A DNA stretch of 64,000 nt from Octopus sinensis. Lineage: Eukaryota. How positions within the stretch are numbered: the first letter of the stretch is position 1; every line of letters begins with the position of its first letter. A program made the translations under genes and the position numbers. The stretch lies in contig NC_042997.1 in the NCBI RefSeq assembly GCF_006345805.1, forward strand, positions 40,424,001 through 40,488,000. Reading direction: 5' to 3'. The notes beneath the pieces were generated by a model. It made no database searches and was not told the DNA's origin. It worked only from the letters and a program-made list of their open reading frames with translations. This document shows, in pieces, positions 53,790 to 64,000 of this stretch.

Positions 53790-56295
53790 ATTATTATATT
53801 ATTATTATTATTATTATTGTTGTTGTTGTTGTTGTTGTGTTGTTGTTGTTGTTTTCTTCAGCTTTTAACGCTGGGGATGTATTATGGAGTTAGTTCTTCA
53901 CTATTATTAAACTGACGTAACGCCCCTTATTTCTCAAGCACCCTCCAAGATATTAGAGCTCTTCCAAGTGGTTCTGTTTCCTGCAAGTGCTCCACCCATA
54001 TTGTAACCCCTATTGGTTCAATGTACTTCTCAAGATCTCTACTGTTCCTAAAGCTCCGACTATTGGTATTACTACCGCCTTTTTCAGTAACTACAACTGC
54101 TTAACCACCCACGCTAAACTTTCATATCGATTTTTTTCCTTCATTATCGCATACCTTGTCAGCTAGGCATGCTAGATCTATTACGCAGCACTGTTTGCTT
54201 TCTTTCTTAATTAGCACTATATCTGGTTTCCTATTCTCTATCTAAGGGTCACATTGAAACACAAGGTCCCTCAGGATCATTGCATTATCATTTTCGATAA
54301 TACATTTAGGTTTGCGTTCCTACTACTTTTCTACCCTTCGTTGCAAAGTGCCTAGCAAACTATCCTGGCTATGTTGTCGTGCTGTCTCTTTCTTTCTGGT
54401 GTACATCGACTGGCAATATGCCATGCAGTTTCTCTCATTCTCGCCACAAATTCCGCACTAATTACTTTCAACTGTCTGCTCAATTCTGTACTTGATGTAA
54501 TTAGTTCTTAATACTTGCTCTTAAGCAGCACCTATCAATACCTCTATTTCCGGTTTTTAATCACATTTAGCCATCCATAGCCACCATTATTTTGGTTCCT
54601 ATTCTCAACATCTCTATGGAAGTTTTCATGCATTCTTTTCTCTATCCACCTATTTTCATTTTTACCCATCCTCAAATGCTTGTTTTATTTATACAATCTC
54701 CAATTTTGCACAAGTCTGACCTTCTTACACCCAACAATAGCCGTTCTGTACATTTTTATGTACCATGTCGTGTTGTCTTCTCCTCTAATGCTGTGTTTGT
54801 ACCCAGTCAGTGCTCTTTCTCTACTTTTTCTTTGTACATACAATCTGTCTCTCACTTTTTGGATTAGATACACTATAGCTAGTCAATACTTTCTTATCTT
54901 TCGGTTTAAGAGGTTCAGCTCTTCTACTGTCCATGCGATTATTACAGCTCCATATTTAAGGAGTGAGACTGCCAATGTTTTAATTGCTTTAATCTTATTC
55001 CATCCACTCAATTTCAACTCGAAACAAAGTCTGAATCTGCACAAGTATTCCACTTTAAATTTTCCCCTCATTTTCTCTTCCATTACTTTGTCCATTCCCG
55101 ATATCTCCAAGTACTTATAACTTGCCTCTTCTATTTGCTTTATAGCTTCCCTCAATAACATTACCAACCCATCCATGCGTTTAATTTTGCCTCTGTTCAA
55201 GATAAACACGCCACACTTTTTCAATCCACACTTCATTCTTATGTCAGTACTAAGTGTTTCCATTATATAAACGAGGGAACTGACCTGGACTCATTCTTAC
55301 CGTACATCTTGAGGTGGTCCACGAATAACAACTGTTTAACCTTTTGTTGGTGACCCTTGAATTGTTACCCAGCTTTAGCTATTCTCAAAATTATTGTTAG
55401 TGGTAGCACGCAAAGTATAAAAATCAGTAGGGACAGAGAGTCACCTTGAAATTTACTTCTTTTGATCTCCATTGCCCCTAAGCTTCTTCCATATCCTTTC
55501 AGTTCTGTCTTCCACTTCTTCATACTTTTTCCAAGGAAGCGTTCGACATTAGATGCAATAACAAATAGATTCATAACCTCCACGATCCAAAAATGTGGGA
55601 TCATATTGTAGGCCTTACGTTAATCAATCCATAACATGGCCAAATTGGTTTTCCTCCTCTTGAAATCTTTAAGTACTCTTTTACTGTTTTGTTAATCAGA
55701 ATTTGGTTCATGTTACCTCTGCACTTATTTATGCTTGTGCCCACTCATTTGGCGAAGCTCAATTTTCTTTCAAGAGTCTGTTCATTGACTCTGTGATTAT
55801 TCCTGTCAATAACCTCCACATAAGTGGTAAGCATGTTATCGATCTGTAGTTGTCTACTGCATTCCCTTCTGCGCTGTCATTCAAGCGTAAAACTGTCTTG
55901 TCCTTTGTCAGCCACTCCAGTGTCCCTTGGGCAGCATTTAACAAAGTCTTAAGTCGTTACGTTTATCTTTAATGGCATTTATTACATCTTTTGATCCAGT
56001 AGCTTTGAACTCCGTCTGGTCCCGAAGCCTCCCAATCCCTTATCTTCTTGCTTGACTTGCTTCACGGCCCTAACTGAAATATATAATTCTGCCTACTGTA
56101 GACAAACAGTTGTTTGTTTCAGTTCTTCTAACCATTCATCGTCCTTCTTATGTTCCTCGTCTTTACTTCAAATGTGTCCCCCAAACTTTTAGCTTTCACT
56201 GCTCTCTGGTATAATCACTTCATCTGTATACTCTCCAACTACCCTCACCTAAAGAGGCTAACCTATGCAAGGCCTCAAATTGGTACTTCATACCT
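53790..56295 (-). mobile_element. Degenerate R4/Dong-type (RLE-encoding) non-LTR retrotransposon, 5'-truncated
   Basis: Broken frames give WEASGPDGVQSYWIK, NYRSITCLPLMWRLLTGI, AMLWID*RKAYNMIPHFWI, FQGDSLSLLIFILC, LLFVDHLKMY and MKCGLKKC, then a CGICGENE..WHIASRC zinc knuckle and the RLE motif ENRKPDIVLIKK...CVIDLAC. The 3' tail is (AAC/AAT)n. Confidence 0.88.
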
Positions 56296-56649
56296 TATTA
56301 TTATTAGTAGTAGTATTACTATTACTATCACCACTATTACCGCCATTATCAATTTGTATTAGACATAAACTGAATAAGAATACTCCCAGGACGGGAATTT
56401 CATTGTTGATCAATATATGAAACAGAACAATACCTGTCAGTTCTATTTTAACCCTCCAGTTTTCTGATATGTTAAAAGTTGAATGAGAAGACACCTTATT
56501 GTACTGCATCTACGAACAATAACTGCTAAGACGTGGTTCTACACTCTTCAAAAGTTTGGAACCAGAGTTTGAAATCAGAGCCCCACTACTGTGAAAAAAA
56601 GCATAAATCCGAAAGAAGAAGCACACTCTAAGATGTAGAGCTGTATATA

Positions 56650-56810
56650 TTAAAAATGGGGAAGGGCGGTTTATGGGATTATCTTAGGTTCCCGTCCATA
56701 AAGGGTTTAGCTTTATGGCGTATCGGGATCTAATCATACGCCATAAAGCTAAACTCTTTATGAACGGGAAACCTAAGGTAATACCATAAACCGACCTTCC
56801 CCATTTTTAA
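56650..56810. repeat. Hairpin, ~75-bp arms, 12-nt loop, TA-flanked
   Basis: 56650-56723 versus 56736-56810, ~5 mismatches and 1 indel. Confidence 0.95.
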
Positions 56811-56820
56811 TATATATATA

Positions 56821-56990
56821 TTGACAAGCGATGCTGGTGTGTTTACGTCCCCGTAACTTAGCGGATCGGAAAAAGAGACCGATAGAATAAGTACTAAGCT
56901 TGCAAAGAATAAGTCCTGGGGTTGATTTGCTGGACTAAAGGCGGTGATCCAGCATGGCCGCACTCAAAATGACTGAAACAAGTAAAAGAA
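56821..56990 (+). mobile_element. SINE family C 3' module (5'-truncated)
   Basis: Reverse complement of 4124-4295. Confidence 0.85.
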
Positions 56991-56996
56991 AAGATT

Positions 56997-57036
<40 letters not shown>

Positions 57037-57685
57037 GTATATAGATGCACGTATATGTATATAGATGCACGTACAGAGGCAACATGCATATAGACCCATT
57101 ATATTATATACACCTTATATTATACATGTATATATTTAACTATATTCATGTTTATATTTATATATGCACAAACACACAAACACACATACACACACACACA
57201 GGGTTACTAAACATAACAGTGTTAACGTTGACTTATATGTCATTTTCCTTTGGCTTAGTCACGTTTGCTTTTGTGTGGATTGCTGTAATCTAATTAGTTC
57301 AAATAATGCCTGCATTTGTATTCGACAAGAAATTATTGTCCTTGATATTTATAACAATAGCAATACTAACATAATTTTTTCATGTATTCAATGAATTATT
57401 TTTGTTTAAATAGATTATTCAATGTGTATGTGTTTGTGTTTATGTGTGTGTGTGTGTGTGTGTGCGTGTGTGTGTGCGTGCGCGCGCTTCTGTATTTGTA
57501 TTTGTGCGTGTGCGTGTAGATTTATATTGGCAGACTGATAGATACGTAGGAAAGTACATTGATAAGCAGATAGATTATTGATTCACCGGATAGGTAGGCT
57601 GAAAGACTGATAGATAGACTGCTGAAAAGACAGAGAAATAGACAGAGCTACACAGATAGACAAATCACTCTCTCTCTCTCTGTTC

Positions 57686-57718
<33 letters not shown>

Positions 57719-57960
57719 GTTGAAATTCAGAAAAAAAAACAGAAGACGAAGACGGGTATATAAACAATAAGCAAGTGTATTATTTTGACGCTCAGTAAAA
57801 TGGGAAAAGTCTTTTACGTTTCGAGCCTACGCTCTTCAGCAGAAAGGAATAAGAGAAAATAAACAGAGGGAGAATGAAAAAAAAAACTCGTACATTTCAG
57901 CAGTAAAAGAAGAAAAGGAGAAAGAAAGAGAAAAAAACTAAAAAAAAGGAGAGAGAGAAA
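57719..57960 (-). mobile_element. PLE pLTR-like non-autonomous repeat with minimal HHR-like motif
   Basis: Starts after (TA)n. Minus strand reads CTTT-CTGCTGA-AGAGCgtagGCTC-GAAACGTA-AAAG. A second copy lies at 63545. Confidence 0.6.
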
Positions 57961-58396
57961 GGCAATGTATTCTCATACGGAATATAAAGTTCAGAAAGTT
58001 CCTAAAAGTTTAAAACTTATGGTAGATTCGAGCGATTTACATGAACGAAAAAAATCCAGTCAAATCCTTGAAAGAAAAGTCAGTGGTAATCTGGGTGGAA
58101 TGCGGGTAGGTGGACGAAGAGAGGTGCTGAACGGGATGAGGTTCAGAAATGCAAATCCAAAGAGTAGGAAGTTCAGTCAGGATCAAACTGGGGTAACCAC
58201 GTGAGCGTATGATATATAGTTGAAATATTTTATATAGATAGATAAAGAGATAGATAGATGGATATATAAATATCAATTTGCTTTTCGTGATACGCATTCT
58301 TCTTCTTCTTCTTCTTCTTCTTCTTCTTCTTCTTCTTCTTCTTCTTCTTCTTCTTCTTCTTCTTCTTCTTCTTCTTCTTCTTCTTTTCTTCTTCTC

Positions 58397-58960
58397 TTAT
58401 ATATATATATATACTACATATGTGGAAAATCGGTGTGTGTTTGTTTGTGGTGTTGTTATCTAACTCCTCTTACATCGTTTTATTGAGTTTGATGAAACTT
58501 GACACGTGAGTAGAACTCTGGAAACCTCGTGACACACTTAGATTGTTGAAAAACTCGATAATATGGCCCCTGGAAGGGACCTTTATAACTACCTCATAAC
58601 TAATTTTTTTAAACCCCGAAGGGAAATAACCCATACCACCTGCACAATATTTTTTTAAACACTCAAGGGAAACAACCCATTTTATTTTTTATGTTCGATT
58701 ACTTTGAATATTGATCTTTTCTCTGTCCAATTTCTAATTTTTGCAGACAATATCACTTTTTACCGTATTTGACACGTGAGTAGAACTCATGTCTGGAAAA
58801 CTCATGACACACTTAGATTGTTGAAAAAAATCGATAATAGATTCAATGGATTCTCCTATCTACTACATATTACTAATACTTTATTTAAACAACTCAAGGG
58901 AAATAACCCACACCACTTGCACTTTTTAGCGAAGCGATCAATATTTGATTCTCACGATCA
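58397..58960 (+). mobile_element. Possible degenerate Helitron-like element with internal direct repeats
   Basis: GACACGTGAGTAGAACTC...GACACACTTAGATTGTTGAAAAA is repeated at ~58501 and ~58771. AAGGGAAATAACCCA-like units occur three times. The 5' end resembles the other Helitrons; a 3' CTAG was not found. Confidence 0.4.
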
Positions 58961-59639
58961 GCCAACCTAATTCTGCATTTCACTACTCACAGTTTTGAAC
59001 TGCTAAACATTATTATTGCACTTCCTTAATTTGAATCTCTTCATTCATACATTTCTATACATACATACTTTTTTGAATGCCTATTACTCCGATATTTCTG
59101 CATTTTTACAGTTACACTTTCTCCATGTCAGTTGATAAGTTTTTTCCAGAACGTATTTGTAGTGGTTTCATGCAGGCATAGCGTGGATTCGATCCTCGAT
59201 TGCCAAATGTCACTTAACACTTCAACAGCACTTTTTCACACGGCAAAACAATATTTTTTCTGTGAACGACAACCTCTCTCGCCAACCTCCGAAAACCTCT
59301 CTCAACAACCTCCAATGATCACTCTTGCCAACCACTGATAACCTCTCTCCTCCAGCTGACAGTTTTTGTACTTTTTCGTGACGGAAAATACACCTTTTGT
59401 GGCAGTTATAACGAAATTGCTTTCTTATATGAGAGTAATAAGGCGTTTCAATAGAGCATCTTTGCCCCCGGTAATTACCGTGTACACCAGCTAGCAAAGA
59501 ATATGAGGGGCTTAATTAACTTGTGATCCAAATGAATAGGTGCGTTGGGTAAGTGTCTCTGTTAGTCGACTGTTAGGTTCCATGATCACAGCTAAGGCTA
59601 GATCTAGGGATTGTTTTCCTCTGGAAAACGATGAGTTAT

Positions 59640-59930
59640 GAACGTTATTCTCCTGCCTATATTCTTCTAACTACTTTTACTTTTTGTCCTGTTTTATTCC
59701 TTCATTCTTCTATTTTATTACTTATAAACTGTGAATTTTATTCCTTGTAAACTGTAAATTTTTCCCGTCTAAGATATTCATACCTTGTCTCTGATGACGG
59801 GGTACCTGTACGGACATGCTAACTTACCCTTATTTATCTCAGAAACGGCTGTAATATTTCAAATTTCCCTTACCCTAATCAAATTATTTTTAATGACTTG
59901 AGATACTCATTCTGCCCTGATTTTGATTTT
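59640..59930 (+). mobile_element. PLE pLTR-like remnant with HHR-like motif
   Basis: CTGATGA(59791)-CGGGGTA...TACCC...A-GAAAC-GGCT-GTA in a T-rich context. Confidence 0.45.
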
Positions 59931-59949
59931 TCCTCTAATATGATATAAT

Positions 59950-60229
59950 TGGCCCAGTGGTTAGGGCAGTGGACTCGCGGTCGTAGTATCACGGTTTGAA
60001 TTCCCAGACCGGGTGTTGTGAGTGTTTATTGAGCGAAAACACCTAAAGCTCCACGAGGCTCCGGTAGGGAGTGGTGGCGATTCCTGCTGTACTCTTTCGC
60101 CGCAACTATTGGTCTGCTCGCTTAGCCAGCGGGGTGGCGTCATTTGAAGGCTAAAACAATGCGAAGTGCATTGTGACCAGCGATGTGTAACAACATCTGA
60201 TAGCCTGGTCAGTCACGTGATCACGTGAT
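59950..60229 (+). mobile_element. SINE with family-B head and a different 3' body
   Basis: Matches family B to ...TACTCTTTCGCCGCAACT (60107). An unrelated 120-bp body then ends in CACGTGATCACGTGAT. Confidence 0.75.
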
Positions 60230-60274
60230 GATATGATATATATATATACAGAGATACAAAGAGAGAGAGAGGGG

Positions 60275-60306
60275 TGATAGATAGATAGATAGATAGATAG
60301 ACAGAC

Positions 60307-60397
<91 letters not shown>

Positions 60398-60398
60398 G
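60275..60398. repeat. (GATA)n microsatellite
   Basis: Direct inspection. Confidence 0.98.
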
Positions 60399-60404
60399 CT
60401 AGCA

Positions 60405-60600
60405 CACCCTCGGTTACAACGACGTGTTTCAGTGGATTTGATCAACCAAACACTGTCTACTTATAAAATTAACGTCCAAGTGGCTAAGCACTCTATAGAT
60501 ACGTATCTCTGGGAGATTCAGTGTGACACAGAATTTGACAAGGTTGGACCCTTGAATTATAAGTGCTACACATTTTTACCAGCTGAGTGAACTGGTGCAA
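60405..60600 (-). mobile_element. Older diverged SINE sharing the family-B 3' domain
   Basis: AATTAACGTCCAAGTGGCTAAGCACTC...GTGACACAGAATTTGACAAGG aligns by eye with the family-B body. Confidence 0.6.
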
Positions 60601-61015
60601 CTTTCAAGTATCCGATCATGACGGTTGAAGGTATTTTGAAAAATATGATGGTTTATATTGTTTATGAACAATGTAGTGATTATGAATCTGTTGGATGAGA
60701 ACGATCGACTGTTGACAGAAAAATGTAAACATGAAAGAGTGAGTTGAATTAAAATCTGGATAATATAAATACACATGAAAATAAGCATAATAATAATAGC
60801 CCAACGGGAAAAAGCCCATTTATGAATAAAGCTTGAAGGCGGAAAAGACTTCCCAGAATGATACTCATAGATTCAAGCAACCGATCATCAGACAGCCAAG
60901 ATCATGTAGAATAATATGATAATTTATAAATGTTTACAAACGGTGCAGTGAGAGTTATTTAGAACTCAAGTAAACGTTAAAAAGCAAGTTCATATTGAAC
61001 TAACAAATGAATAAT

Positions 61016-61402
61016 TTTTGGAAGCACTCCGTCGGTTACGACGACGAGGGTTCCGGTTGATCCGAATCAACGGAACAGCCTGCTCGTGAAATTAACGTGT
61101 AAGTGGCTGAGCACTCCACAGACACGTGTACCCTTAACGTAGTTCTCGGGGATATTCAGCGTGACACAGAGAGTGACAAGGCCGGCCCTTTGAAATACAG
61201 GTACAACAGAAACAGGAAGTAAGAGTGAGAGAAAGTTGTGGTGAAAGAGTACAGCAGGGATCACCACCATCCCTGCCGGAGCCTCGTGGAGCTTTAGGTG
61301 TTTTCGCTCAATAAACACTCACAACGCCCGGTCTGGGAATCGAAACCGCGATCCTACGACCGCGAGTCCGCTGCCCTAACCACTGGGCCATTGCGCATCC
61401 AC
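61016..61402 (-). mobile_element. Young tRNA-derived SINE (family B), full length
   Basis: Reverse complement of the 40728 copy. 11-bp TSD AAATGAATAAT at 61005-61015 and 61403-61413. Confidence 0.93.
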
Positions 61403-63544
61403 AAATGAATAATATAAATCATCTATATACATGAAAATAGGTATATTGATTGCAGCAAAGAAAAAGCCTTTGTAGAAATCGAGAGTTTAAGAAAAATATA
61501 TCGTAAATAATAAAGATTAACATTGAGAATTATGGGAAGAGCGAATGCGTATCACGAAAAGCAAATAGATGATTCCTTCTAATTTTGGCGCAAGGCAAGT
61601 AAAATTTTAGAGGAAGGGCGAAGTTGATTACTTGACCAGTACTTTATCATATCAAACAGTTGTCATTAAAGAGGTAGTGACTAGGAGTATTACAATTGCA
61701 CCTTGGGCTGTTATAATATCCGTTAAGTTTACCAAACCTACTCACAAGCGAGGCAAAGTTTTCGTCGTAAGAATGGATAACTTACGGCTCTTTTTTAAAA
61801 TGATAATAATTGTAGCCCTTGGAAAAATACCTAGATACGAAATTTCCTCTAGCTACAATGATATTTATACAAAATGTTGGGTTGAGCTAGCAAAGCATTC
61901 TAGATCTAGTTCTGCGAGATTTCCCGGGGTTGTTTTCACTGCTAACTCAAGAGATCTGTTCGTAGAATTCTCTATCGTAACAAAAAGAGGTTGCCTTTAA
62001 GTCCACCTCATATGAAGCCAAGGAAGAGATTCGATAACTTGAGTTTCCATATATATATATATATATATATATATACGTGTGTGTGTGAAGTGTATTTCGG
62101 TGAAAGGTATACCTCTAGGTAATAAATCAAATAAATCAGCGTTTTGATTAAAAGCATGCCGTATCGATTATTCCGTCCAAATTGTTCCACAAACACTTAT
62201 TTGCCATTCTTATCAAGGAAATGCATTCAGCACGTATTTGATTTGATGTAAATCTGTAATACATGAGGCCATTATTCACAAAATTTCTGATATAAAATAA
62301 GAATAAAAGATGTGTTTCAGTGAGTGTGTTGTATACACGTTATTGTGCAGGAATGTTTTTATTTTCTATTTTATTAAATGCATACTAATTCTCCCGAATC
62401 GGGGATAGGTGTTGTTAATCGAACATAAAATGGGTTTATCACTGATGTTGATTTTCGTATGACACACAAAAAAGAAATCGATTTTATTATCAGAAAATAT
62501 TTCTTTCCAGCTGAAGTGATTAATTTGTATAACAAACACGTCTTAGTAACTTTCTTTGCTTATGGCGTGTTCTTTTGCATTAATTTCATGCATACACACA
62601 CAAAAAAAAATTCTAATCTATTGCCATCAGAGAAATAAAAGACAGCTAGCTAAATATCATAAATGTGAGGCAGTTCTAATTACTGCAGAAAAACATCTTG
62701 ATAAACCGTATAGAAGTATATAAAAATATGGCAATGTTTCTGCAAAATCTTTTGAATCGGAAATTAAATTATGTACACATGCAATAACGAAAAGCGAAAG
62801 AAAACAAAAGAAACTTATAAGCAAATAGGATTTCATTTTCCTATATGAGTTATAAGTTATATATTAAAACGAAATTCTGTATGATAAAAGGTGCATATCA
62901 TTAAGCAAAACGATATCTAAAGATTTAGATTCGATATTTTTATCCAACCTGTCATGCAATTCTTTGAAATATCACGAGTATCTTATGAAGCAAAGTGCCC
63001 GGGAATCAATTTTTTCATCCCGCAGGTTTGACGCTTTGGTTTTCAAATAACATACTTCTAAATTTGAAATATTACTTTTGTCCATCAGATTTTTGTAAAA
63101 TTTTGTTATAGGAATTTCGAGCTTGCATTATTAAAAAGTTTCATTACATTTACCAGAATACAACAAACGAAATGACGTAAAACATATATTCTAAATCTAA
63201 TATATTATTTCCTTTGTAGGTAAGTGTCTCAACTAAAAGCCCTTCAAATAATGAAATGATGAAAGGAAATTTCAAATGTCATTCGAAGCTGGATCGAAAG
63301 AGGTATTTTGAAATGTTCTTTTTTGTACTTTATGCATCTAATACTTTTTCAATATATTTCACACTATGTCCTCTGAGAAACAATATAACAAGGGAAAATG
63401 TAACGATTGTAAAGAAACTGTTGACAATGTGTAATATATAGTGATAAATAAGTAAAATATAAAAAATATGTGCACATGGTCTTGATAAGCTTTCTTATTA
63501 AACTGTTCTACGACTCCACCGTAGACATGCACTGAAATGTTCTT

Positions 63545-63745
63545 GGAATTTATAGAAAACAAAAGACGAAGACAAGTGTATGAACAACAAGCAAGTGTAT
63601 TAGTTTGACGCTCGGGAAAATAAAAAAAGTCATTTACGTTTCGAGCCTAGGGTCTTCAACAGAAAGGAATAAGAGAAAATAAACAGAGAGAAAATGAAAA
63701 AAAAACTTATAGATTTCAGCGGTCCGGAATGGCGAATGATTCGAA
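63545..63745 (-). mobile_element. PLE pLTR-like repeat, same family as 57719
   Basis: Shares GCAAGTGTATTA..TGACGCTC...TTTACGTTTCGAGCCTA..CTTCAACAGAAAGGAATAAGAGAAAATAAACAGAG with 57719. Confidence 0.6.
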
Positions 63746-64000
63746 AAAAAGAGGTTGTAAGAGGGGGAGATATTCTTATTCATTTCGGACATCACCTCAA
63801 CAATGGAAGACTTCAGTGAAACTATGACATTGTGAAAATGTCGATTTGTCTCCCTTTCAAAAACACTCTAAACATATTAGTCCAAGGGACGTAAATCTGG
63901 CGAGTTTGGAGTCAACTTTGATGTTACATGATTATATGCATTGTCTGATATCCACTCTTAATTTACGTTGGCTTTGTGAGAAGGTGCTGAGTGTTTTTTT

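Noticed and set aside
59222-59497. 91-aa ORF with repeated AACCTCTCTC motifs
   Set aside because: No recognisable family motif. It may be a decayed TE, but that cannot be supported by eye.

Overview
This is AT-rich, microsatellite-dense eukaryotic DNA, most likely intronic or intergenic. The repeat families look like those of a coleoid cephalopod (Octopus-like); that assignment is from recall, not a search. No cellular protein-coding gene can be called with confidence. Almost all listed ORFs are artefacts of simple repeats. The one long genuine ORF (43719..45509, minus) is a 5'-truncated Penelope-like retroelement with RT and GIY-YIG domains. Other mobile elements are three tRNA-derived SINE families, an R4/Dong-type RLE LINE, CR1- and RTE-like fragments, two mariner remnants, two or three Helitron-type elements, a Merlin/IS1595-type remnant and a MITE carrying telomeric repeats. 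The most unusual signal is RNA-structural. Several hammerhead-ribozyme (HHR) motifs with palindromic stem III are scattered through the window. One is a U3-A8 covariant core in the Penelope 3' region. Two more sit on opposite strands of a near-perfect ~430-bp palindrome next to the Penelope copy. At least seven long fold-back inverted repeats occur in 64 kb, most abutting (TA)n/(CA)n tracts. All coordinates and alignments were read by eye, and no ribozyme activity has been shown.
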